Source of the DNA: Hemiscyllium ocellatum
Lineage: Eukaryota
Assembly: GCF_020745735.1 (NCBI RefSeq)
Contig: NC_083427.1
Span: 2,077,438 to 2,141,437, forward strand
Reading direction: 5' to 3'
Length of the DNA stretch: 64,000 nt
The position numbers were made by a program, and so were the translations under genes. Positions 51,211 to 63,347 of the stretch are shown here, in pieces; the stretch's first letter is position 1, and each line of letters opens with the position of its first letter. The notes under the pieces were generated by a model. The model was not told the origin of the DNA and searched no databases. It was given only the letters and a program-made list of their open reading frames with translations.

Positions 51211-51530
51211 GGTTCTGGTGGGTCAATGTCTAGCATTGCTGCCTCGTAGCACCAGTGTCCTAGGTTCGACTTCAGCCTCGGGCGACTGTCTGTGTGTAGT
51301 TAACACATTCTCCCCGTCTCTGAGTGGGTTTGATCCAGGTTGTCCGGCTTTCACCCACAGTCCAATGATGTGCAGGTCAGGTGAATTGACCACGCTAAAT
51401 TGCCCATAATGTTAGGTGCATTAGTCAGGGCGAAATGGTTCTGTGTGCGTTTCTCGTCAAAGGGTTGCTTTGGATTGGTTGGGCCAAAGAGCCTGTTTCC
51501 ACACTGTTGGGAATCCAACCTAATCTAAAC
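51211..51530 (+). mobile_element. HE1-type SINE in the J-C1 intron
   Basis: Degenerate tRNA head (ggttcgact B-box), body homologous to 3594-3890, tail gagcctgtttccacactg. Confidence 0.8.
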
Positions 51531-52399
51531 TGCTCCAAAGTCCATTTTGATGAGTCAGCTCAATCTTTCTACCCCTTTTCTCCGAGGTTATTTCATCCCT
51601 TTTGGCTCATGAACGTTTTTGAATTGGTCTCGAAAACAATGACTGTATTGGCCTCAACAGTTTTCTCTTACAGAAAATCCCATAGGTTAACTTCTCTCTT
51701 GGTGAAGTAATTCCTCGCTATCTTATTAGAATTTTGTAACTATTCATGAGGGTTCCCTCATTTGTCGCTCTCCAGTTAATATGGTCCGACTGAATTTGCT
51801 CTCTCCAAACAGTTCAGTCCTGCCCACCCAAGAAATTTTCTGATATCAAGTTCGGTCAGATAAGTGCTGCGTCTGAAGGGATATAAAAGACACATATGAT
51901 TCTGAGAGAAGAAAAAAATGATTTGGAGTTTCATGTATTTCATCAACAAGGTAGAAGAATAAATTGTAGGTAGGAAACTTTCTGGAAGGGCAGAGGAAAG
52001 GCTGTTGTGAGATAATCATTTGGCTTCAGGTAACTTATTCCTGCCTGAACCTCTCCCAAAACAATTGTTTCTATGACTGCTTGGACAACCATAGAACTGA
52101 TATTAATTTTGTCTGTATGTTACTTTATTTCATTCAGTTAATAGTTCTTTTGAAAATTTCATGGCATACTGAAATGATTCAAATTGAGCTTCAACTGTAT
52201 TTCACTGAAATGTCTGACAGCGATTTTCAAAGTACATTTGACGTTTGTTTTCTCTCAGTTGAAACAATGAATAATACAATGGTATACTTGCTATGCCAGC
52301 TGCGTTTACACGGAAAACATATATTTAATATTCAAAATTGCCCAGCAGTATGAATTTAATACCGACATTATTAGTAATCTTCCAGATAATTACTCTCAT

Positions 52400-54560
52400 T
52401 GTTTCCAACTTGTTATTTCATCACCACCTCTGTCGTTATTTCATTAGCTCTGCCATTTTTAACATTGTCGTCAAATACTACTCACTGTAATGCATCCACT
52501 TCTCTCTGAAGTTTCCAATATTTCATTGAAACTTCTCTGCTTTCCAACATCGCAGGGAATACTGCTTATTTTATAAATATTGCGTGTCTGAAGAATGTCT
52601 ATTGATTTGATTTAAAATAAGACCCCTAGGATGTCGGCATCACCAACTGAGGCAGCATTTATTTTCACACCAGCAAATTTAGGATATAAATGCACTCTAC
52701 GCTATAAAATATGGCATAAACTTTGCTGCATTCTTCAACATAATCTAACAATTTTATTGCAGTTCTTGGCAAATTAGACCAAGCAGTTCCTCCAACCCGA
52801 CATGCATTATCATAAAATTCGTGACAATGTCCTGCTGCTCCATAGGACTAATTAACAGTGTTTCCTTGGACGTCTCAAATATTACTGGGAAATTGTACAC
52901 TGACGTCTGCTGATTTTTAGCATTTGTTATGAACATGATAATGTAATATCTACATATATATGCAACATTCCAGTAAAAGTTCAGCCAGGAGGCTGCAAAA
53001 TCATTCCTCAAAAGATAATCGGTTCATTCCATGGAATTGTCAGGTAACCCGTTTCTGAACATCCTCTGATGCAATTACATCTCCTGTGGATGAGATGAAC
53101 ATAATGACTCAGTACATTCTAGGGGTAAGCTTGCATGTGTCTGGTTTATCGAAAATAAAATGACTTCTGTAGATTGTGTCGAGAGTGTGGTGATGGAAAA
53201 GCACAGGTAGTCTGGCAGCATCCGACGATTCTACTGCTTCTCGGATGCTGCCTGACTTGCTGTGCTTTTCCAGCACCAGACTGTCGACTCTGAATTCCAG
53301 CAGCTGCACTCCCCACTTTCTCTTTCTGTACATTCGTATCCAGATTCCTTTTTGATAACTGATATCATTGCTTTAATTTTCTGAGTTATTTGCTGCCCAT
53401 CTGTGCTAATCTCAAGATATCCATCCATTCAGAAATCGTGGTCCGTCTGCACCTCAGAGTTTTACAATCTGTCATCATTTTTATTATTGTTGTCTGTTCC
53501 TCTTACCAAATGGTCTTCTTGTTCACCAAGCTCCACAATCATTTTTCGTATCATTATTCACACCTGTCATGATAATCTTTTAATTTCCTTGTGCCCTCTG
53601 ATGACTTAATTTCATTTCACATTTTTGAAAGTTCAGTAAATTTGGCTAACGGAGCATGGCCGTCTACATCGAAGGCATGTATTGCAAACATGATTTGCCC
53701 GCATTTATTTTCTGTATGACCGAAGTTCACTTTGTCAATTACCTCCTTTTCAAAATAATTGCAGGGACTCGTATTCTCTGATTTAATCTCTGGTGAGCTT
53801 CCTATCAAAAGCTGATGATTCAATAGTTATTAATTTTCATTTCTTTCATTTCCTCAAATTTTACTATTCTGTCTAATTTTCTGGCTTACGTCTGGTTGTC
53901 CACAATCACATCCATTTTGCTTAGTATTAATATTATCTTAAACCACAGATAACATTCCGAAACTTAGAATTTTCCTTCATCTTTAGCATGTATCTTTTTA
54001 TGTGATCTGAAACGTTTCCTTACACGTCTGCCACTATATCATGAATGAATTCTCCCCTATAATTATTTTCCAATTCACTTCAGCCAGCTCTGCTTTCGTG
54101 CCCTCATAGTATCCTATGTTAAACAACAGTTTTCTCTCGCACAGTTTGAATGTGAATGCAATCATGTTAACGTTGCTAATCACAAGAGAGGCCTTTACAA
54201 TGTAGTAATGATTTAATCCTACCTATTTCACCATTGCAGGAGGTTCAAAACATGTCGAAAACATGTGATTTGAACGAACTATTCCAAAATCATTTTAGGA
54301 GCTCCATACGGAGGATGTCTTTGCACATCTTACTTTCACAGTTATTTTACAGATAATACCTCCCATATGATTGTCTGATAATAAACATTATCAGACAAGC
54401 TCTTATAACGTTTACATCTATGCCCTCCCCAATCGTATAATTACACAATGTTGATCCGAACACCACTCCCAAAATTAACTGCTTGAGCTGTAATTTTTCA
54501 ACTTTACTTAAAACCCTTTCCACGGACTGCCTTTCTGAAATGGTGGACAATCATCTGGCT
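52400..54560 (-). mobile_element. Degenerate CR1-type LINE fragments in the J-C1 intron
   Basis: Minus-strand LLIGSSPEIKS..KEVIDKVN and gcaataaaattgtttagattatg (RT-region) similarity; heavily decayed. Confidence 0.5.
53176..53323. mobile_element. Head-to-head Neptune-type PLE-terminus palindrome with an 11-bp TSD
   Basis: GGCAGCATCCGA (53214-53225) and TCGGATGCTGCC (53241-53252) are perfect inverses. Flanks TTCTGTAGATT (53165-53175) and TTCTGTACATT (53324-53334). Confidence 0.75.
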
Positions 54561-55559
54561 TTCATAAAATAAGAACAGCCAGAACATTTCTGGCAGCGTT
54601 TGTGACAAGACAGAGACAGAGTTTGTTTCTAGTCTGATGTGGCTCTGTTGCAACTCTTTCTGTTCTGCAATAGCATTGTGAATGGACTGCTGCACATGCA
54701 AAGGTGTCCTAGTCTCCCCTCTTTCCTACAGCATCTGTGCGAATCCAGTCCGCATCGTCTTGAAGAAAGGATAGTAGTGAAGGCCAAGAGCAGTTTCATA
54801 ACCAATTGTTCTTGGCAAATGCTGAATATGAGCGTGAACGTCGTTCATTTCAATTCAATCGAACGTACCTGTTGGAATACTTGTTGGAAAGTATCACAAA
54901 ACTGATACTTCATTTGCAGGTCGAGTCAGTTATTATGCAGTTGTATTTGGTTACCAAGACTGTTATGGATAGTCATTGTCACAGAGAGCATTGTGACATG
55001 TTGATATCTAATTTTGGATCAAAATTATGCAGTTACTCGACAGTGTGGTTACTGGAGATAATGGAGCAGTGCTCATGTGTGCAAGGACCAAAGAATAGAA
55101 GCAACTTGACCTTTGCAAGCATATTGATATTTGATGCTGTGGTGGATTACTTTATTTTAAACCTTCACAAGTGATAGTTTCTAATGATAATAATGTCATG
55201 ACAGCCTAGTAATGATAGACATTAGATCCTAAAAATAAGTCAGCAATGGACCAGTACAATAAACTCAGAGTGCGTGTATCTTGGGCCATTGAAACAGTAA
55301 AAATGTGGCTGTGGATGAATTTGCATAAATGGAAAAGACATTTGATTCGAAAGTATTGTCTGAATTTGAGAAAATGCGTTGATTGGCAGAACAATCCTGA
55401 TTAGATTTACTTCAAAGAGTTTGAAGATGGGATCCCAGAGTGAAAAATGACGGAAAATCTCGGATACCTTTGCAGAGCTTGAAAGTTATGGTCGCAGATC
55501 AGCTGAGGCATTTTAGAGAGAGGGGTTAGTTAGCATGATCAAGCAGGTCGTCTTGCTGA

Positions 55560-57890
55560 TTTTGTGTTAAGTAGTCTGATGATTATAACAAGGTCACGAG
55601 AAAACCCCAGCTTGTGAACAGTCTGGTCAGATGGTTACATTGGTGGCAATAGATTTTGTTTAGTTTTAAACATTTGTTTACTTTAGCGATGGAATGTGAT
55701 ACCTATATACCGCAGGGCAAAAGTCATAGTTTGGGGGAAAGGCATTCACGATGCGATTATGGAAGATTTAGGAGACAGAGGACGGGGAAGAAAACTAAAC
55801 TGGATTGGCACAATTGAAACCTGAAGCTCCTTCAAGAAACAGCTAATGCGTGTCGTTGAAAATTATGTGCCTGTAAGACAGGGAGGAAGTTGTCGAGCAA
55901 GGCAGCCTCTGTTCACACAGTAAGTCGAATCTCTTTGTCAAGAGGAAGAAGAAGGCGTATGTTAAGATGAGATGTGAAGGCTTAGTTAGAATGCTTGAGA
56001 GTTACAAGTTAGCCAGGAAATATATAAAGAGAGCGCGAAGAAGAGGCTGGAAGGGAAGTGAGAGATCATTGGCGGATGCGATCAAGGAAAACCCTGATGC
56101 GTTCTGTCGGTACATCAGGAATAAAAGAATGACTACAGAAAGATTAGTGCCAGACAAGAACAGGAGTGAGAAGTTATGCGTGGAGTTCGCAGACATAAGA
56201 GAGCCACCAAATAAATATTTTTCATCAAGATTCACACAGGAAAAAGACAACGTTGTCGAGGAGGATACTGAGATACAAGCTACTAGATTAGAAAGGATTG
56301 GGTTTCACAAGGTGTCAGCAAATTTGGAAAGTGTGAACATATATAAATCCTTTCTGCTGAATGGGTTTTTCCTAGGATTCTATGAGAAGCTAGTGAGGAG
56401 ATGGCAGAGCCTTTGGCTTTGATCTTTACGCCGTCATTGTCTGCAGATGTAGTGTTGGAAGACGTCAGGAACACAAATGTCATTTCGTTTTTCAAGAAGT
56501 AGAATATAGACAACCCTCGTAATTATTGACTAGTGAGCCTTACTTCAGTGTGGGTAAAGGGTTGGAAAATGTTTGAACAGCTCAGATTTTTAATTATCTA
56601 GAGAGGAATAAGTTGATTATAGATAGTTAAAACGGCTCTGTTAAGTCTGTGTCAGACTTCTCAAACTTTATTGAGTTCTTTGAGAAGGTGACCAAACTGT
56701 TGGATGAGGGTAAAGCGGTTGATTTGGTGTTTATGGATTTCAGTAAGGTGTTTGATAAGGTTCCCCACGGTAGGCTATTGCACACAACAGGAAAGCATGG
56801 GGTTGAGTGTGAATTAGCTGTTTGGAGAATAAAATGGCATGCTGAAAGAAGGCATAGTTTGGTGGCTATGCGAACGTTCATGCTGGAGTTTAGTTAAAAC
56901 TAGTGCATCGGACGGGTCTGTTTTTTTTTGCCACTGTTGTTTGTCATTTTTATAAGTGACCTGGAAGAGGGCGTAGGATGATGATATATTAAATTTGCAG
57001 ATGATCCCAAGGTTTGTCAAATTGTCAATCGTGCCAAAGGACAGTTTAGATTACATACGAACATCGATAAAGCTGCAGAGCTGGGCTGATAGGTGTAAAA
57101 TGGAGTTTGATGAGAACAAGTGTTAAGTGATTCACCTTGGAACGAGTAACAGGAATGAAGATTATTGGGTTAATGATAAGATTCTTGGTAATGTGATGAA
57201 CAGAGAGATCTCGGTGTCCATGTAGTTACATTGCTGAAATTTGACACCGAAGGTGACAGGATTGTTCAGAAGGCATGTCGTGTGTTAGCTTTTATTGGTA
57301 GAGGGATTGAGTTTCGGACGAATGAGATCATGCTTCATCTGTACAAAACTCTGGTGCAGCTGCACTTTGAGTATTGTGTACAGTTGTTGTCACTGCATTA
57401 TAGGAAGAATGTGAAAGCTTTGGAAAGGCTTCAGAGGAGGTTTACTCGGATGTTGCCTGTCTGGACCGAAGGCCCCACAAGGAAAGGCTGAGGGACATGA
57501 GGCTGCTTTCTTTAGAGAGAAGATGGTTTAGAGGTGACTTAATTGAAACACATAAGATAATCAGAGTTTTAGACTGGGTTGACAGTGAGAACATTCTTCC
57601 TCGAATGGTGATGGCTAGCACGAGGAGACATAACTTTGAATTCGGGGTGACAGATTGAGGAGAGTTTTCAGAGGTAGCTTCTTGACTCGGGGGTAGTGTG
57701 GGAGTGGAACGCATCGCCAGCAATAGTAGTAGATTCGCCAACTGTTAGGCAAATTAAATGGTCATTGGATAGATATACGGATGAACATGGAGTAGCGCAG
57801 TTTAGATGGGATTCAGATTGGTTTCATAGATGGGCACAACATCGAAGGCTGAAGGGCCTATATTGCGCGACAATGCTCTATGTTCTATGT
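55560..57890 (+). mobile_element. CR1/HER1-type LINE in the J-C1 intron, same subfamily as 666-3070
   Basis: FIEFFEKVTKLLDEGKAVDLVFMDFSKVFDKVPHGRLL, LYKTLVQLHFEYCVQ and RGDLIET, with a 3' UTR gggcacaacatcgaaggctgaagggcc closely matching about 3020-3050. Confidence 0.9.
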
Positions 57891-58289
57891 AAAGAAAACG
57901 TGATCTCTTTTCCTGACAGGAATGTCTTAAATTTATGAGGTCTAACCAAACAATGAATGGAAAGAAACCCATTTGTCTCCATTGGGGTCACAAGTGATTC
58001 TTTGAAGAAAAGTCAAACTGAAGGATATCTTAAGTGATGCCTCTTACAATCGAGATAAATGTCAGGTTCAAGGTATTTCGCTCCAAAAGAATTGATTCTC
58101 CCAGAACTACTGTGTGTACATTATACAACAGCTAGTCAGGAATGCGAATGTTTGGAATAAACATAATCTTGAAGTTATGGGACTTAAGAATATGATTTCT
58201 GCTGAGTAATAGGCGTTAACTGTTCATTTCTACTCCACGATGGGACTCTGACAACAGTGATAGAAAATCACAGTTCGTGGATGGGGAAT

Positions 58290-60240
58290 TGATCTATGTC
58301 TGCTGCTAACCTGTGCTACGTGTTCGAGAGAACGGGGGAAACAGTCTGAGAATTCGCTTTGGACCATTTAGGAGGCATTTGAGGAGACATTTCTTCACCC
58401 AGAGAGTGGTGAGCATGTGGAAGTCATTACCCCAGGAAGTAGTTGAAACCAAAACAGGCACCATGATATTGCACTTGGAATGGATAGGCTCAAATGTTAT
58501 GCGGAGAAAGCAGGATTAAGCTATTGAGTTGAAAGATTAGCAGGATCATGGGGAATGTCAGAGCAGGCTCAAAAGACCGAATGGGCGCCTCCTGTTCCTA
58601 ACTTCCATGTTTCCATGTTCTAAACTGTAGAATTTCTAGTTCAGTAAGGCCTCCAGATTCCTTTTGCCTCTGGTGTGCAAACAAATTTCTGTTGACTTGT
58701 CAAAATTAAAATGACACCAAAATGAAAAGCTTGTTCAAAATTTCCACACGACAATTATATAAGATGAAATTGCCTCGTTATCAGGAAATTTATAACAGCA
58801 ATAGGCAATAAATCATTAAACGTTGGAGATATGGCTAAATTCTAAAATAGAAAGATATGCTTTAACAAATGCACAAAGAATACAAAGAAGGGATGAGAAG
58901 AAAATAGATTTATGTAGGAATATTACAGAACCTCGATTCTTGTAGGCTGGAAGTACATTTTTTCGTGTTGGGACAGTTTAAATCAGGAATTCTCCAGAGG
59001 CCAGTACATGTATGCACATTTCTGAGACGATGTGAGTTCGAGGTACTTTTAGAGCGAGAGATGAGTGAAGCTATTGATAACTTGAGGACAACTAAGTGAA
59101 TTATGAAATGGAGGGATGGCTTAACATGGCAAAATATAGGCCACAAAGCAGACAGGTGTTCCGGGATAGGTACTTAGATTGTGATTAAGATACAAGTTAG
59201 AAGATTGTTTAATGCCCTAAAGGTTGAAAGTGATGATTAGCCAGGAATGCATTTTCAAGACTGTGCAAATTCATGACATAATGTTGGAACAGTAGACAAG
59301 CTGAGAGTCAAAGATAGGCGGAAGTTAGACATAAAAGCAGGTGGTCTTAACAAGGAAGTCCGGGGGCAAATATTAACAATTGATAACATCATGAGAAGCC
59401 TGTACCAGGAAAGTAACAAAAGCATTTTCCCTAGGGTAGGGGAGATCAAATATAGAAGGGATAGGTTTAAGGTGAGAGGGAAAAGATTGTAAAGAACCTG
59501 AGGATCAGATTTTTCGCAGAGATCGTGGTGTAAATATGGAATGAACTGCCAGAGAAAGTGGTAGAAACGGTACAGTTAGAACATTTAAAAGCGATTGGAA
59601 ACACACAGTAGGAAAAACTGTTTGTAGAATTTGGACCAAGTAAAGCACATGAAGAAGGCGCTTGGTATACTTTCCTGTGTTGATCAGTGCACCAAGTATA
59701 AGAGTTGGGACGGCATGTTGCGGCTGCACAGAACATTCGTTATGCCGCTTTGAAATGTTGTATGCAATTTTCGTCTCCCTGCTTTGGGACCAATGTTGTG
59801 AAACTTGAAAGACTTCAGGGAAGATTCACAAGGATGTTGTCATGGTTGAAGAGTTCGAGCGATCGGAGAGACAGAATAGGTTGTTGCCAATTTCCTCGGA
59901 GGCTGATGTGTGACCTTATAGAATTTTATTAAATTGTGAGGGAAATTGAGAACTTAAATAGACAAAGTCTTTTCCCCGGGTTGGTGTAGTCCAAATCTAG
60001 AGGGGGTCGGATTGAGCAAAGTGGGAAAAGGTATGAAAGGGACCTAAAGGACAACTTTGACAACTTTGGATGTTGGCAGAATTACAATAGTTAAAGTGCA
60101 TCTGAACGGGGACATGAATAACAATGTTTAGAGGGATATGGGCCAATTGCTGGAAAATGAGAAGAGACTAATTTAAGCAATGTGGTTGGCATGGGCGAGT
60201 TGGACTGAAGATTTTGTACATCTCAATGACTCTATGACTC
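58290..60240 (+). mobile_element. Several CR1-type LINE 3' fragments in the J-C1 intron
   Basis: RRHFFTQRVVSMW at 58380-58430; further RT and tail fragments at about 58880-59640 and 59650-60240. Confidence 0.7.
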
Positions 60241-60530
60241 TAAATGGGACAATTCAAATTCGTGAAACCAGGTCAGCGTGAATGAATTCTACTGAATGTT
60301 TTTTTTTTCTCTGTTGTTTGGACACTATCAGTCTATCCAGTTAGGAGCTCACTTCAAGGTTAGATATGATTCCAACGTTGAGAGTAGTTTATTTTCGCAA
60401 CATGATACCATGACACAATAAAATGATTGCATTTTGTAATATTGGACAGTAATCGATTCAACAGGGCAGCACAGAAACTTTCTAATCATCTATACACAAG
60501 ACTGTCAGATTTTTTATGTTGTAATTTTAG

Positions 60531-60845
60531 GAGCATACCCTTCTCAACCAGTCATCAGTCTCCTCTACTCTGACGAACAGAGAGCAAACGGATTTCTGCA
60601 GCTGGTCTGTCTCATCAACAAATTCTATCCTGAAAACATTGCGGTGAAATGGCAGAAGAATGGAAATGCCTTAGATTCTGGCTTTACAACCACATCGCCA
60701 TTGAAAACATCGAACAATGTCTTTAGCTCTACAAGCTTGCTTAAAGTATCCCTGCAGGAATGGAGCAGCGGTTCTGTGTACAGTTGTGAAGTTTCACATT
60801 CTGCAACCAGCAGTAACCAGAGAAAGGAAATTCGTTCAGCAGCCG
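60531..60845 (+). CDS. IgNAR: IgNAR constant domain C1 exon
   Basis: ttttag| ... G|gtaag; 315 nt, open. Reads (R)AYPSQPVISLLYSDEQRANGFLQLVCLINKFYPENIAVKWQKNG...EWSSGSVYSCEVSHSATSSNQRKEIRSAA, the recognisable IgNAR C1. Confidence 0.97.
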
Positions 60846-61363
60846 GTAAGAAAGTTGAACAATCTCTCAAACTCATATTAATAACGATAATCACTTGCAT
60901 AATAAGTGTTGGACTAGAGGGAACATAATTATGTTGTCGTATTGCTGAGGATGAAGCATTCTTGAAATACTTGCATTGCGTGATGTCAATGGCAATTTGT
61001 AATCCAGAGTAATGTTACAGCAAAAGTGATTGGGAATGACCCAGGTACCTAAAGCAGCTATTCACAAATCTATAGTTGTTTACAATATCTGAAATTATTT
61101 CTCTCTGCTCTGTGTAAGTCTTTATCTCACTCGCAAAAGCTGATGGCAATAAGTAGAAACCTTGGAAGAAGACAGAGGAAAAGAGGCAGTGATATTGACA
61201 CTGTGATGAAAGCAACTGAATGAGAGATGTTGTGCAATCCCCAGGATTGACGATTTTAAACAAAGTTCCTTTTTTTCTCGATATTAATTCTCTTTATAAA
61301 ACAAGGTAGTTCCACGCTTTAATTAATTTACCAAGTCAATCCAGGGCATCAAAAATACTTTTG

Positions 61364-61533
61364 GGAATGTGTGGTGTTGGAAACGCACAGCAAATGATGC
61401 AGCAATCGAGGAGCAGGAGAATCGACGTTTCCATCAGGAACTCTTTCTCGGATTCTGAATGACCTGCTGAAGTTTTCCAGCACCGCACACTCTCAACTCT
61501 GATCTCCAACATGTGCAGCCGTCACTTTCTTCT
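61364..61533. mobile_element. Head-to-head Neptune-type PLE-terminus palindrome with an imperfect ~16-bp TSD (C1-C2 intron)
   Basis: GTGTGGTGTTGGAAA (61369-61383) versus TTTCCAGCACCGCAC (61474-61488) is a 13/15 inverted match. Flanks ATCAAAAATACTTTTG and ATCAAAAAATACTCTG. Confidence 0.72.
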
Positions 61534-62371
61534 ATCAAAAAATACTCTGTCAATGCCGAGACTGCATCCGAAAGGAAACAACTTCAACAATGAGTAATTT
61601 TACTGCTCATGCTAAGGATTTAATGTTTGCTGCTGCTATGTGCAACCAAGCATTTTTAGAAAAGATGAATTGGAAGGATGCTGTTCAGAGAAGCTAAGGG
61701 GAGAGACAGGAGTCTGGTGAAACAGAGACATAAATCTGTTTTTGGATGGGATACAACAAGCATACAAATATATGCTTCATTGAAACCTTCCTGATATTGA
61801 TCGCCAGAAAGACAAACAAATGTTTTTTTTCGGACAGTACATGCAATGACGTAATCAAGGATAATAATCTCAATGATATTATGTGCTGAAAATTCATCAA
61901 CCCTCATGATGTGGTAAATTTTCTCTGTCTCTCCATCTTTATCTTGCTATCTCACGGTCTTGTACTACTGCCAGGCTCATTTCGTCTCTGTCTGTTGGCT
62001 TGAGTCGCTCTGCTTATTCTGATTACTTTCATTCTGTAACTAGATCTTTCGCTTCACTGGTCATCTCTCTATATGTCTCGCTTTCTCTGCTTCTCCCCTT
62101 CTCAAAAATATTTATTCTTTCACGCTCCTGTTTCTGCAGATTTTAATAATTCTTTATGCATCATTGACCGTAGCTGCTTACGCTTCTCTTCTTCTTTACG
62201 CATATTGGTATTTATTCCTCCATTTTGTCTTCTTTCCTTTGGTACTGTCTGACCATCTTCCGCTCTTTCTGTCTGTCATTTCCAGCCTGTTATCTCCAGA
62301 TCCCATTCTCAAAGTTTATGCCTTTATGCATATCTATCTGGCAATCTGAGTTCACCTGTTCCTCCGTCTTA

Positions 62372-62580
62372 GAAATGTGCTGTTTGAAAAGCACAGCAGG
62401 TCATGCAGCATCAAAAGAGCAGGAGAAACGACGTTTCGGGCAAAAACCCTTCTTCCTGAAGAAGGGCTTCTGCCTGCAACGTCGATTCTCCTGCTCCTTT
62501 GACGCTGCCTGACTTGCTGCGCTTTTCCTGCAACGCATTATTAAGCTCTGATCTCCAGCATCTGGAGGCCTCACTTTCCC
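62372..62580. mobile_element. Head-to-head Neptune-type PLE-terminus palindrome with a 17-bp TSD (C1-C2 intron)
   Basis: Central stem CCCTTCTTC-ct-GAAGAAGGG (62447-62466) with ~80-bp imperfect arms. Flanks CCTGTTCCTCCGTCTTA (62355-62371) and CCTGTTCCT-acgt-CCGTCTTA (62581-62601). Confidence 0.82.
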
Positions 62581-62974
62581 CCTGTTCCTACGTCCGTCTT
62601 ACTGCATATATTTATCTGCATTTATAATTAGTTTGCATTTTGAACGAGTTTGCATTTTCTTCTCTGCTGATTATTTCTCTATTTATTTCTGTCCTGCTTA
62701 CTAAATGGATCCACATCAATTCTTTCATTCCACAAAGTGCGTCTCTTGCTTTCCTTTTTGTTTATTTTGTACTTAACCGGCTTATACAAATTATAAATCA
62801 AATCAACAAACGTGAAAACCAGCAATGGCACTTCAAATTCTATATTGCTGCATCTGTGACAGAGACATTCGCAATTTATCGTCCCATCTCTTGTCACTGA
62901 TTTGGCATTCTTGTTGCAATCCTGGTTACATGGAACATGGAAAAGAATTTGAAACTCTGATTTCTCACCAACAG

Positions 62975-63271
62975 AGATTGCTGTATTACTAAGAGATCCT
63001 TTGGTTGAAGAAATGTGGATCAATAAAAATGCCACTCTGGTTTGTGAAGTGCTTTCCACTGTTTCAGCTGGGGTTGTCATCTCTTGGATGGTGGATGGAA
63101 AGGTGCGGAATGAAGGCATTAAAACTGAAGCAGATATTGAAAACCAACGTCTGACCATCAGCCGCTTGACGACCAGCGTGGAAGAGTGGCAGAGTGGGGT
63201 GGAATACACATGCTCTGCAAAACACGATCAATCATCAAACGCAGTATCAAAACGAACAAGAATGGCAAGAG
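62975..63271 (+). CDS. IgNAR: IgNAR constant domain C2 exon
   Basis: caacag| ... G|gttggt; 297 nt, open. Reads (E)IAVLLRDPLVEEMWINKNATLVCEVLSTVSAGVVISWMVDGK...EEWQSGVEYTCSAKHDQSSNAVSKRTRMAR. Confidence 0.97.
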
Positions 63272-63347
63272 GTTGGTCAACAAAGATATGCATTTATATC
63301 TGTCATTTTATCAACGACGAAATTCTAAAATTGTAATTCTGTTACAG

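Noticed and set aside
49426-60530. Tetrapod-type switch region or additional J segments in the J-C1 intron
   Set aside because: No tandem AGCT/G-rich arrays and no further RSS-plus-GxGT motif were noticed by eye.
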